Assembly: GCA_026129095.1 (NCBI GenBank)
Contig: JAHCIT010000003.1
Span: forward strand, 62,001 to 126,000
Length of the DNA: 64,000 nt
Reading direction: 5' to 3'
Origin: Deltaproteobacteria bacterium
GTDB taxonomy: Bacteria; JAGRBM01; JAHCIT01
Below the pieces are notes generated by a model. The model searched no databases. It saw only the letters and a list, made by a program, of their open reading frames with translations, and was not told the DNA's origin. How positions within the stretch are numbered: position 1 is the first letter of the stretch; each line of letters starts with the position of its first letter. Below, one piece after another: positions 11,964 to 21,496 of this stretch. A program made the translations under genes and the position numbers.

Positions 11964-12830
11964 ATGCGCTTGGTGCTCGTTACGGGTCTGTCGGGAGCAG
12001 GGCGGACCACCGCTCTCAAGGCTTTCGAGGATCTTGGCTGGTTCTGCATTGATAACCTGCCGCCGGCACTCCTTCCCGGACTGGCAGACCTGCTGGATCG
12101 CACGCCCAAAGCCGATGACCGGGTGGTTGTCGGCATTGACGTGCGCGAGGGAAGATTCTGGCCCGGCCTTGAGCCCGCGCTCCGGGAGATTCTCCGCCGG
12201 GGGTCAAGGCCGGAAATCATCTTCCTTGAGGCTGCCGGAGATGAACTGATCAAACGGTTCGGCATGACCCGCCGGCGGCCACCGCTCGCCGTGGGCTCCG
12301 ATTCGGTCGCCGAAGGACTCCAGAAGGAACGTGCATTGCTGGAGCCGCTTCGCAGCCAGGCGGACCGGGTGATCGATACGACCGGATTTTCCGTCCATGA
12401 CCTTCGCTCGCATATCGTCCGCCAGTATGGTGGTGAAAACCTCGACGAAAAGTCACTGCTGGCTGTTACGATTGTATCGTTCGCCTATAGGAACGGAATC
12501 CCGCCGGATGCGAGCTTCATCTTTGATGTGCGTTTCCTGCCCAATCCATACTGGATCGATTCGTTGCGGGATCGCACTGGCCTCGATCAGAGTGTCTATG
12601 ACTACGTGCTGGGCCAGCCGGCTGCTGCGGGGTTTGTATCCCTGCTGGACCAGCTTCAGGGAGTCGTCCTGCCGGCTTATGCACATGAAGGCCGTAGCCA
12701 GATTACGATCGCCTTTGGTTGCACGGGGGGCCAGCACCGGAGTGTGGTCATGGCCCGCTGGCTGGAAAAGCGGCTTTCAGGGCAGGGCTACCAGGTCCGG
12801 ACGAGGCACCGGGATCTGGCGGGAGTATGA
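11964..12830 (+). CDS. rapZ: RNase adapter RapZ/YvcJ P-loop protein
   Basis: VTGLSGAGRT, CIDNLP, DVRFLPNP, GCTGGQHRSV. Confidence 0.96.
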   Translation: MRLVLVTGLSGAGRTTALKAFEDLGWFCIDNLPPALLPGLADLLDRTPKADDRVVVGIDVREGRFWPGLEPALREILRRGSRPEIIFLEAAGDELIKRFGMTRRRPPLAVGSDSVAEGLQKERALLEPLRSQADRVIDTTGFSVHDLRSHIVRQYGGENLDEKSLLAVTIVSFAYRNGIPPDASFIFDVRFLPNPYWIDSLRDRTGLDQSVYDYVLGQPAAAGFVSLLDQLQGVVLPAYAHEGRSQITIAFGCTGGQHRSVVMARWLEKRLSGQGYQVRTRHRDLAGV

Positions 12831-12925
12831 GCATTGAATGGGTTTGACCTCTCCCATGCAGGACGCTACCCCATCGTCGGCCAGATTCGACCGGGTCTCC
12901 CGGCGCGTGAAAGGTACCAGCAGAA

Positions 12926-13357
12926 ATGATCGGGATTGTGATCGTGACCCACGCGTCGCTCGGACAGGCGCTTAGGGAGGCCGTCGAATTCATCGCCGGC
13001 AAGCAGGAGCAGGTGGAAGTCGTCGGCCAGGGCGTGAGCGATCCGCCCCAGGTTTCATCGGAACAGCTGAAAGCGGCGATCAAGAAGGTGGATGCCGGCG
13101 AAGGTGTGCTGATCCTCACCGACATGTTCGGCGGTACGCCTTCAAACGTCAGCCTCGCGTTCCTGGAGCCTGAGCGGGTAGAGGTTCTTTCGGGAGTCAA
13201 CCTTCCGATGCTGCTCAAGATGGTGACGAGCCGGCAGAACCGGCTCGGCGTTGTTGAGCTGGCGCACGAACTGAAGGCCGCGGGCCGCCAGAATATCTCC
13301 CTTGCCAGCGAGATCATGGCTCCCGGCAAGAAGACCGAAAAATCCCAGGTGGGATGA
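12926..13357 (+). CDS. PTS EIIA component, mannose/fructose type
   Basis: MIGIVIVTH, LTDMFGGTPSN, GVNLPML. Confidence 0.93.
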   Translation: MIGIVIVTHASLGQALREAVEFIAGKQEQVEVVGQGVSDPPQVSSEQLKAAIKKVDAGEGVLILTDMFGGTPSNVSLAFLEPERVEVLSGVNLPMLLKMVTSRQNRLGVVELAHELKAAGRQNISLASEIMAPGKKTEKSQVG

Positions 13358-13395
13358 CGTCACGTTCTTTGCCGGGGGGAAACGGAACGGGGAAC

Positions 13396-13665
13396 ATGCC
13401 GACGCTGCGACTCAAGATTATTAACCGCTTGGGACTCCACGCCCGGGCATCAGCCGTGCTCGTCCAGACTTTCCAGAAGTTCAAGTCCGAGGTCTGGCTC
13501 TCCAAGTCCGGCCAAACGGTGAACGGACGCTCGATTCTGGGTGTACTGACGCTCGCTGCCTCGCAGGGCGAGGAGATTGAGGTTACAGCCGAGGGCGAGG
13601 ACGCTGACGATTTACTGACCGCTGCCCGGACGCTGGTAGCCAATCGCTTTGGCGAAGAGGCCTGA
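13396..13665 (+). CDS. ptsH: Phosphocarrier protein HPr
   Basis: GLHARAS (His15) and NGRSILGVLTL (Ser46). Confidence 0.95.
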   Translation: MPTLRLKIINRLGLHARASAVLVQTFQKFKSEVWLSKSGQTVNGRSILGVLTLAASQGEEIEVTAEGEDADDLLTAARTLVANRFGEEA

Positions 13666-13682
13666 TAACCCTAATTTACCCT

Positions 13683-13708
13683 CAAAGAAGTTGAGGTTCA
13701 CTTCTTTG
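13683..13708 (+). terminator. Inverted repeat after ptsH (possible terminator)
   Basis: CAAAGAAG...CTTCTTTG stem; AT-rich, no clear U-tract. Confidence 0.35.
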
Positions 13709-13786
13709 TCCACTTATTGAACAGCTATTGGTCTTGACATTAAGCGGCCCGTAATCCTTAATAGCAATGTTCCTCCTTCCCCACTC

Positions 13787-13806
13787 AAGAGAGCGAAGCT
13801 CTTTTT
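13787..13806 (+). terminator. Terminator-like hairpin just upstream of cpoB
   Basis: AGAGC-GAA-GCTCT followed by TTTT. Confidence 0.35.
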
Positions 13807-13809
13807 GAA

Positions 13810-14640
13810 GTGATTTTCCGTTGTACCAACTGTCTCCAGACTGCCGTGCTGGCGCTTGCGCTGGCTGCATCTGCTTGTGCCGATAAGACTGTTCAGCAAC
13901 AGCAGGGAGACCGGCTGGCAGCTGTCGAGGCGCAGCTTATTTCACTCCAGGCGCAACTCGACCAGATGCAGAGTTCGATGGATGATAACCGGTCAGCCGT
14001 ACTGATTCTGGAAGACAAGCTGGATACCGCCCGCCAGTACATCAACACGATCAAGACCAATCAGGAACTCAAGATCATTCGCGTTACCCCGGAAATGATG
14101 GCATCGGCCTCGGATCTCCCGCCGCAGCCGTCAGCCCCTAGGGCTCCGGAAAAACCCAAGGTGCCGCCGCTGGCATCCGCGAGACCCGCGCAGCCGAAGC
14201 CAGCAGAGCCAGCCGCACCCGTCCAGGTCGCTACCGGCCGGACCAGCGACTATTCGAAGCCGCTGGAACTGTACGGGGCTGCGTTCAAGTTGTTCGAGGC
14301 CGGTCAGTATGATGAGGGGATGGAGCTTTTCCGTGAATTTGTCCGGCGGTGGCCCAAGCACGACTATGCGGACAACTCCCAGTACTGGATTGGCGAGTGT
14401 TACTATTCGCGTTCGCAGTATGAACAGGCGATTACCGAGTTCGAACAGGTATTGAAGCGTTACCCCACAGGGAATAAGGCACCAGACGCCCTACTTAAGG
14501 TAGGGTTTTCATTGCAGAATTTAGGAAGGGATCGGGAAGCCAGATCCACGCTCCAGAAACTGCTCAACGAATATCCATTTTCTGACGCTGCCCCCAAGGC
14601 CCGTCAGCGACTGGCCGATTTGGCCCAAAACAGGAATTGA
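13810..14640 (+). CDS. cpoB: Tol-Pal-associated TPR protein CpoB/YbgF (probable lipoprotein)
   Basis: Hydrophobic N-terminus ending AASAC, coiled coil, TPRs with ADNSQYWIGECYY and YPTGNKAPDALLKVG. Confidence 0.9.
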   Translation: MIFRCTNCLQTAVLALALAASACADKTVQQQQGDRLAAVEAQLISLQAQLDQMQSSMDDNRSAVLILEDKLDTARQYINTIKTNQELKIIRVTPEMMASASDLPPQPSAPRAPEKPKVPPLASARPAQPKPAEPAAPVQVATGRTSDYSKPLELYGAAFKLFEAGQYDEGMELFREFVRRWPKHDYADNSQYWIGECYYSRSQYEQAITEFEQVLKRYPTGNKAPDALLKVGFSLQNLGRDREARSTLQKLLNEYPFSDAAPKARQRLADLAQNRN

Positions 14641-14711
14641 GTATGATGTACCGAAACGAAATGCCCCATGGAGTTATAAAACAGGCCATTGGCCGGGCCC
14701 GGAGTACGGAA

Positions 14712-16244
14712 ATGATGGACAGAATACTGGGACGAATATTGCGGCATGGGTGGCGATGGGCCCTCATTCTGGGCGCTATCGGCTGGATGACGGCGACTGC
14801 TGCTGCTTGGGCCGCCGATGCCGCTGCCACCCCCGCCACCCGGTCAGTCATAGAAATGCAGGACCAGATCGCGACCGATGACCCCGCCCAGAACGTGCGC
14901 GATCGCGTGGCGACGGGAAGCAAGGTCGATCCATCGGTGGAACAGTCTGCCCCCGGCGAACCGCCTCAGGTCTATATCGTCCGGCAGGGTGACACCCTGT
15001 GGGATATCGCTTCACGCTTCCTAAACGATCCGTTCCGTTGGCCGCAGCTCCATGAAAACAATCCGCAGATCATGAATCCACATCTGATCTACCCGGGCGA
15101 GCCGATTACCGTGTATCCGCGGGAATCGCTGAGCATGGCGGGCCAGGCTGTCGTCGAAGCCCAGTCGCGGGAAGATCGCAGCGAGTTCGCGGAGGAAGAA
15201 ATCGAGGCGGAAGCGGTTGCAATCACAGAAGAGGCAGCCGCCGCTGAACTCGCGGAAGAAGCGATCGCTGAACCAGAACAGCTTCCGGACATGGAACGTG
15301 AAGCTCGGGAGCAGTATTTCGAGAGCTTTGATCAGAAGGACGAAATCCAGGTATTCGATGCCGAGGCCGTGGAACTGCTGTCGAAAAAGCGTGCCGTTTC
15401 CCAGTTCGACCGCACCCGGTTCGTCTATCCGCGCGCGGGCACCGAAGGCGTTGTTGAGTTTGTCGACAAATCGTTTGTGAGTACCGCCGGAGTGATTCTC
15501 GGCCAGGAAGACGAGAAGAAATTCGACCGGTTGTCGGTGTCCGATATCGTGTACATCAACCGCGGCACCGATCATGGCGTCGCACCCGGACACCGCTTCT
15601 GGGTGGTTCGCGACGAACAGGCTCTCAAGCACCCGCATACCGGCAAGATGCTCGGTAACATCTTCCGGGCGGTTGGCATTCTTCAGGTCAAGTCGGTGCA
15701 GCCCGGCCTGTCTACCGCAGTCATCAAGGTGTCATATGAGGAAATCTCTCCAGGCGACGAGAAGTTCTACGGCATAGATACCAAGGATTATGTCATCCCC
15801 TACTACCAGCCGCCTACCGATTTCCCCATCAGGGTATCGGAAAAGCAGATTGAGGCGGTTCTGGTCGGCACCCAGGGCAAGATCATGGGCATTATGCCGA
15901 AGATGATGATCTATCTGGACAAGGGCGAAAACGACGGCCTGACCGCCGGGACGCTGCTGTCGATCTCCCGGCAGAACCGCACGGCTGCCGACCCTGAACT
16001 GCTCGGCCGTGTCCGCCTGCCTGACATCCCGATCGGGGAGGCGATTGTTGTCCGTACGACCGGCAGTACCGCCACCGCCTACGTCACATATCTCCTGCAG
16101 GAGGCGATGATTGGCGACCGGGTGCTGACAGCCGACAACTCGATCCTGTTCAAACGGCCCACGTCGCAGGTAAGCGCAGACGCTGAAACTTCACGGGCCG
16201 TGTACGAGGTCAACCGGGAGCGCGAGAACCCGTTTCTTCCCTGA
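14712..16244 (+). CDS. LysM peptidoglycan-binding protein
   Basis: YIVRQGDTLWDIASRFLNDPFRWPQL...NPHLIYPG; signal-like segment; usual position before dprA; start uncertain (14637-14715). Confidence 0.88.
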   Translation: MMDRILGRILRHGWRWALILGAIGWMTATAAAWAADAAATPATRSVIEMQDQIATDDPAQNVRDRVATGSKVDPSVEQSAPGEPPQVYIVRQGDTLWDIASRFLNDPFRWPQLHENNPQIMNPHLIYPGEPITVYPRESLSMAGQAVVEAQSREDRSEFAEEEIEAEAVAITEEAAAAELAEEAIAEPEQLPDMEREAREQYFESFDQKDEIQVFDAEAVELLSKKRAVSQFDRTRFVYPRAGTEGVVEFVDKSFVSTAGVILGQEDEKKFDRLSVSDIVYINRGTDHGVAPGHRFWVVRDEQALKHPHTGKMLGNIFRAVGILQVKSVQPGLSTAVIKVSYEEISPGDEKFYGIDTKDYVIPYYQPPTDFPIRVSEKQIEAVLVGTQGKIMGIMPKMMIYLDKGENDGLTAGTLLSISRQNRTAADPELLGRVRLPDIPIGEAIVVRTTGSTATAYVTYLLQEAMIGDRVLTADNSILFKRPTSQVSADAETSRAVYEVNRERENPFLP

Positions 16245-16259
16245 ACCCGGAGACGGGCG

Positions 16260-17423
16260 ATGACCGGCGATTCGGAACTGGCCCGCTGGACACTGCTGGG
16301 CGTAAGCGGCATTGGCGCCGCGACGTTTGCGGCCCTGATGGAACGGGGCGCGGATGCCGCTGCCATCTTGAGGGATCCGGGTGCCTGGCAGCCGCCGCTC
16401 AAGGCATCTCAGGTCAGGGCAATCCGGGAGTTCAGGGGGCATGACGAAGCCGCACGTGACATGGCGCGGCTGAAAGAGATTGGCGCCTCCTGTATCTGGT
16501 GGGATTCACCGCAATACCCCGGACTGCTCAGGCAGGTGTCTCCGCCGCCCCCGGTCCTGTTTTGCCTGGGTGACGGCCAACCGCTTCTTGACGGATATTC
16601 GGTCGCCATTGTCGGGACACGGGATCCGTCTTCCCATGCGGAAGGACTTGCCTATGAGTTTGGACAGGAACTGGCGAAGACAGGAATCACGGTGGTAAGC
16701 GGGTTCGCATTCGGTATCGATACTGCCGCCCATCAGGGTGCACTGGATGCTGGCGGACGCACTATTGCCGTTCTGGGCTGTGGACTCCGTGTCGAATACC
16801 CCAGACGCACCGACGGGCTGAAAGACCGCATACGTGCTGGCGGGGCACTGGTGAGTGAGTTCGGACCCGATACCACTCCGCGGCCTGAATTCTTCCGGCA
16901 GCGCAATCGTGTCATCAGCGGACTTTCGATGGGTGTGCTTGTTGTCGAAGGAATGGAGACATCGGGTTCCCTGGTTACTGCCCGCCATGCGCTCGAACAG
17001 AACCGTCTGGTATTTGCCGTCCCTGGCCGTGCGCGGGACCCTAGGGCTGCCGGCCCTCACCAGCTTCTTCGGGAAGGCGCGATTCTCGCCGAATCTGCGG
17101 CCGATGTGATCGAACAGATCGCGCCGATGCTCGCCAGCAACCGCTCCAGTGCGCAGTATGCGGCATTGTCTGGCAAAGGGCAGCCAGGCAGGACAAAACA
17201 GGACTTGAGGCAGGAAATAAACCCGTTTGCCGAAAGTCCGCTAACCTCCCGACTTTGGGAGCTTTTATCGTCATCGCCAGAGCACATTGACGCGCTGGCA
17301 TCGAAAAGTGGTCTTGACGTTCAGCAAACCATGAGCCTACTTCTTGAAATGGAATTGACGGGGCGGGTCGTCCAGTCAGCAGGAATGCAGTTTGCGAGGC
17401 AGGACACCAGGGGGCGGCGCTAG
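16260..17423 (+). CDS. dprA: DNA-processing protein DprA
   Basis: VAIVGTR, VSGFAFGIDTAAH, RNRVISGLS, GSLVTA, FAVPG. Confidence 0.96.
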   Translation: MTGDSELARWTLLGVSGIGAATFAALMERGADAAAILRDPGAWQPPLKASQVRAIREFRGHDEAARDMARLKEIGASCIWWDSPQYPGLLRQVSPPPPVLFCLGDGQPLLDGYSVAIVGTRDPSSHAEGLAYEFGQELAKTGITVVSGFAFGIDTAAHQGALDAGGRTIAVLGCGLRVEYPRRTDGLKDRIRAGGALVSEFGPDTTPRPEFFRQRNRVISGLSMGVLVVEGMETSGSLVTARHALEQNRLVFAVPGRARDPRAAGPHQLLREGAILAESAADVIEQIAPMLASNRSSAQYAALSGKGQPGRTKQDLRQEINPFAESPLTSRLWELLSSSPEHIDALASKSGLDVQQTMSLLLEMELTGRVVQSAGMQFARQDTRGRR

Positions 17424-17484
17424 GCGCGTTTCGCCGTTTTGCTTTTGTACCTGACCGTCATCTCGATTGGAGCCGGATAACCGA

Positions 17485-20172
17485 ATGGGAAATTCTCTCG
17501 TCATTGTTGAGTCGCCTGCGAAGGCCAAAACCCTGAAAAAATACCTGGGCAAGGGCTTCGAGGTGATGGCGAGCAAGGGGCACATCCTTGATCTGCCGAC
17601 GAGCGATCTCGGTGTCGATATCGAACACGGATTCCAGCCGACCTACTACATCACTGAAGGCAAGGAACAGGTCATTACTGACCTGATCAAGGCGGCAAAG
17701 AAAGCCGACACGATCTATCTGGCGCCCGACCCCGACCGCGAGGGTGAGGCAATCGCCTGGCATATCCGCATGGCGCTGGAAGGAAAGGCCCACCCGCCGC
17801 CACCCAAGGGACGCCGGAAGAAACCGGCCAAAGGCGCGGCCTCCAAGGACACGAAGGCCGCCAAGCCGGTCAAGGCCAAGCGTGGCGTAAAGGCCGCCAA
17901 GAGTGCCGAAATACCGCCGGACGGGGAGAGTGGAACCCAGCTCGTTGGCGGTGTTGGTGATGGCAAGACATTCCACCGGGTTCTCTTCAACGAAATTACC
18001 CGTAAAGCGGTTCAGAATGCTGTGGCCAACCCGGTCAAGCTGGATTCGCTGAAATACGATTCCCAGCAGGCACGCCGCGTCCTGGATCGTCTCGTCGGAT
18101 ACAAAATATCCCCATTGCTCTGGAACAAGGTCCGCCGGGGCCTTTCCGCCGGCCGCGTGCAGTCAGTTGCAGTCCGGCTGATTGTTGACCGCGAGAAGGA
18201 AATCCGCGCCTTCAGGCAGGAAGAATACTGGACCATCGGCGTTCAGGGTGAAGGCCCCGTACCGCCGCCGTTCCAATCGGCACTCGCACGTGTGGACGGC
18301 AAGCCGCTCTCTGTGGATAACGGTACGACGGCCAACGCACTCGCCAGCGAGATGCGAAAGACGCCGTTCCTGGTCTCCAAGGCAGTTCGCAAGGAGCGTC
18401 GGCGTGGTGCTCCGCCGCCTTTTGCCACGTCCAAGTTGCAGCAGGATGCCGCACGCAAGCTCAGGTTCACTACGCGGAGGACCATGAGTGTCGCGCAGAA
18501 ACTCTACGAAGGCATGTCGATAGGCGATGATGGTCTGGTCGGCCTTATCACCTACATGCGTACTGATTCGGTCCGGATCGCGCAGGATGCCATCGAGGCG
18601 GTTCGTGGACACATTACAAAGAAATTCGGAAAAGAATTTATTCCCGAACAGCCCAACTTCTTCAAGTCCAAGGCGAGCGCTCAGGATGCTCACGAGGCGA
18701 TTCGCCCGACATCCATGGACTATCCGCCGGAGAAGGTTGAGCAGTATCTTTCCAAGGAGGAGTTCGACCTTTATGAGCTGATCTGGAAGCGGTTTGTCGC
18801 GTGCCAGATGGCCCCAGCAGTTTTCGACCAGACTTCGGTCGAGGTAACGGGCGGACGTTTCCTGCTCCGTGCCTCGGGATCGGTCATGAAGTTTGCCGGT
18901 TTTACGGCTGTCTACAAGGAAGATGCCGAAGAGAAGGTCGCTACCCAGAAACCGAAGGAGGATTCCGGAGATGCGGAGGAAGATGATCGTGACCGGGTCC
19001 TGCCTCCCCTGAACGAAGGCGATGCCGTGAATATCCTGTCCGTAAACCCGGAACAGCACTTCACCCAGCCGCCGCCCCGGTTCACCGAAGCATCGCTGGT
19101 AAAGGAGATGGAAGAGCGCGGTATCGGCCGCCCTTCGACATATGCCCAGACCATATCGACCATTCAGGACAAGGCCTATTGCGAGAAGGTCGAAAACCGG
19201 TTCCATCCGACGCATCTGGGAGAGCAGGTGACGGAGCTTCTTGTCGAGAGTTTTGGTGACGTAATCGACGTCAACTTCACCGCCGGAATGGAGTCCAAGC
19301 TCGATTTGATCGAGGAAGGCAAGGCGGGGTTCCTGGAAACCCTGAAGGAGTTTTACGGACCGTTCGAGAAAACCCTCGCACACGCCGCCGAACACATGCG
19401 GGATCTCAAGCGGCAGGAGATTCCGACCGATATCCCCTGCAAGCTTTGTGGCGGGAAAACGGTGATCAAGTGGGGCCGGATGGGCGAATTCATTGCCTGC
19501 ACGAACTACCCGACGTGCAGTTTCACATCCGATTTCAAGCGCCAGCCCGATGGCTCCCTGAAACTTGTCGATCCGGTCGAGGAGTTCGGTGCCGAGGCGA
19601 TGGAGCCCTGCGACCTGTGCAACAGCCCGGTGGCACTCCGAAAGGGCCGCTTTGGTCCGTTCATCGCCTGCACGAACTATCCCGCCTGCAAGTTCACCCG
19701 GAAGATCGTCAAGAAGGCCGGAAACAAGATGGGGGTTGAGAAGGTCGAAAAGTACCCTGGCAAGTGTGATACGTGCGGGGCGGGGCTCGTCGTCCGAAAG
19801 GCATGGACCGGAAACCGGTTCGTCGCCTGCGAGAACTATCCTGCCTGCAAGTTCGCCAAGTCCTATGAAATTGGCGTCCCGTGTCCCAAGTGTGGCGAGA
19901 CGGAGGGTGGCCAGCTTGTCGAGCGCACGACCAAGCGTCGGCGGATGTTCTATGGCTGCAACCGGTATCCGGAGTGCGACTTCACTACCTGGGACAAGCC
20001 GCTCAAAGAGGCATGCCCCACCTGCGGGAATCCGTACCTGGTGGAGAAGGTTTCCAAGCGCACTGGCCGCCTCGTCAAGTGCCCGAATACCGGGTGCGAC
20101 TACGAGCGCGAACTGCCGGAAGAGGCCGGTGACGGGGCTGGTGCGGAGGCCCGGATGGATGCCGCCGGCTAG
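17485..20172 (+). CDS. topA: DNA topoisomerase I (type IA) with five C4 zinc ribbons
   Basis: LVIVESPAKAKT, DPDREGEAI, SAGRVQS, ITYMRTDS, GIGRPSTY. Confidence 0.98.
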   Translation: MGNSLVIVESPAKAKTLKKYLGKGFEVMASKGHILDLPTSDLGVDIEHGFQPTYYITEGKEQVITDLIKAAKKADTIYLAPDPDREGEAIAWHIRMALEGKAHPPPPKGRRKKPAKGAASKDTKAAKPVKAKRGVKAAKSAEIPPDGESGTQLVGGVGDGKTFHRVLFNEITRKAVQNAVANPVKLDSLKYDSQQARRVLDRLVGYKISPLLWNKVRRGLSAGRVQSVAVRLIVDREKEIRAFRQEEYWTIGVQGEGPVPPPFQSALARVDGKPLSVDNGTTANALASEMRKTPFLVSKAVRKERRRGAPPPFATSKLQQDAARKLRFTTRRTMSVAQKLYEGMSIGDDGLVGLITYMRTDSVRIAQDAIEAVRGHITKKFGKEFIPEQPNFFKSKASAQDAHEAIRPTSMDYPPEKVEQYLSKEEFDLYELIWKRFVACQMAPAVFDQTSVEVTGGRFLLRASGSVMKFAGFTAVYKEDAEEKVATQKPKEDSGDAEEDDRDRVLPPLNEGDAVNILSVNPEQHFTQPPPRFTEASLVKEMEERGIGRPSTYAQTISTIQDKAYCEKVENRFHPTHLGEQVTELLVESFGDVIDVNFTAGMESKLDLIEEGKAGFLETLKEFYGPFEKTLAHAAEHMRDLKRQEIPTDIPCKLCGGKTVIKWGRMGEFIACTNYPTCSFTSDFKRQPDGSLKLVDPVEEFGAEAMEPCDLCNSPVALRKGRFGPFIACTNYPACKFTRKIVKKAGNKMGVEKVEKYPGKCDTCGAGLVVRKAWTGNRFVACENYPACKFAKSYEIGVPCPKCGETEGGQLVERTTKRRRMFYGCNRYPECDFTTWDKPLKEACPTCGNPYLVEKVSKRTGRLVKCPNTGCDYERELPEEAGDGAGAEARMDAAG

Positions 20173-21496
20173 TGAGCACCGGAATGCCCCACCGGTCGTT
20201 GTGATCGGCGAGGGCCTCGCTGGAAGCGAGGCCGCCTGGCAGCTTGCGCGGCGCGGTTATCGGGTCCGGCTTCACGAAATGCGGCCAGGGAAAATGACCC
20301 CGGCGCACCGGACCGCAAATGCAGCCGAGCTGGTCTGCTCAAATTCATTCAAGAGTATTCGCATCGAATCTGCCCAGGGCGTGATGAAGCGCGAACTGGA
20401 GGCACTGGATTCGCTCGTCCTGCGCTGTGCCCATGCGGCACGCATCCCCGGCGGGGAAGCACTCGTCGTGGACAGGGACCGGTTCGCTGCTGGTGTCGAG
20501 GCGGCTCTGCTGGCAGAGCCGCTGATTGAACGGGTGCCGGGCGAACTGGAGCGGATACCGGATGATCCGGTGGTCATCGTCGCTACGGGGCCGCTTACCA
20601 GCGACGCATTGAGTACGGACATTTCCCGGATACTGGGCGAGAAACATCTCGCATTCTATGACGCCATCAGCCCCATTGTGGATGCCGAGAGCGTGGATGG
20701 CACAAGACTCTACCGTCTTTCCCGGTACGGCCACGGTGGAGATGACTACTGGAACATCCCGCTGGATCAAGCAGCCTATTACCGTCTCGTTGATCAGCTT
20801 GTGGCCGCCGAGCCCTACCCGGAAAAGTCGTTCGAAAACCTGCGTCCCTTTGAAGGGTGCATGCCGATTGAGGACATCGCCCGTCGGGGCCGCGACACAC
20901 TCCGGTTCGGACCCTTGAAACCGGTCGGTCTGCCGGACCCCAGAACCGGACGTGACCCCTATGCGGTCGTGCAGCTTCGCATGGAGAACCGGGAAGCGAC
21001 CATGTGGAGCCTTGTCGCGTTCCAGACGAAACTCCGGCATGGCGACCAGATGGCGATACTGAGGAGCCTGCCAGGACTTGAACAGGCGGAGTTTCTCCGG
21101 CTTGGCTCCATTCATCGCAACACATTTGTCTGTGCCCCCAGGCTTTTGGATGGAACCCTCCAGGCAAAAGCCCGAAAGGGACTCTATTTCGCGGGGCAGA
21201 TCACCGGTGTAGAGGGCTATACCGAATCGACGGTCATGGGGGCCGTGGCGGCGCTTCATGCTGTCTGCAGGCTTCAGGGGAAAGCGCTTCCCCAATGGCC
21301 TCGCAATTCCGCCATCGGATCGCTTCTCCACTATCTGAAAGAGGCAAACCCCGAAACATTCCAGCCGATGAACTTCAACTGGGGCCTGCTGGAACCCCTC
21401 GGCCACAAGGCCCGGAAGGAAGAGCGTCACCGGCTGTTGGGCGAGCGTGCGTGGGCCGAATACCGCTCGTTCCTGACCGGGCTGGAGGCGGCGTGA
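20159..21496 (+). CDS. trmFO: Methylenetetrahydrofolate:tRNA (uracil-5)-methyltransferase
   Basis: VIGEGLAGSEAAWQ, ELVCSNSF, FEGCMPIE, AGQITGVEGY; the upstream part of ORF 19565 overlaps topA and is a shadow. Confidence 0.95.
   Translation: MPPASEHRNAPPVVVIGEGLAGSEAAWQLARRGYRVRLHEMRPGKMTPAHRTANAAELVCSNSFKSIRIESAQGVMKRELEALDSLVLRCAHAARIPGGEALVVDRDRFAAGVEAALLAEPLIERVPGELERIPDDPVVIVATGPLTSDALSTDISRILGEKHLAFYDAISPIVDAESVDGTRLYRLSRYGHGGDDYWNIPLDQAAYYRLVDQLVAAEPYPEKSFENLRPFEGCMPIEDIARRGRDTLRFGPLKPVGLPDPRTGRDPYAVVQLRMENREATMWSLVAFQTKLRHGDQMAILRSLPGLEQAEFLRLGSIHRNTFVCAPRLLDGTLQAKARKGLYFAGQITGVEGYTESTVMGAVAALHAVCRLQGKALPQWPRNSAIGSLLHYLKEANPETFQPMNFNWGLLEPLGHKARKEERHRLLGERAWAEYRSFLTGLEAA

Noticed and set aside
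19565-20158. 643-aa TrmFO with a long N-terminal extension
   Set aside because: The extension is an alternative frame inside the topA zinc-ribbon region; TrmFO similarity starts near 20159.
20204-20224. TrmFO FAD motif GEGLAG instead of G(A/G)GLAG
   Set aside because: The GxGxxG glycines and other motifs are intact; not enough to infer altered function.
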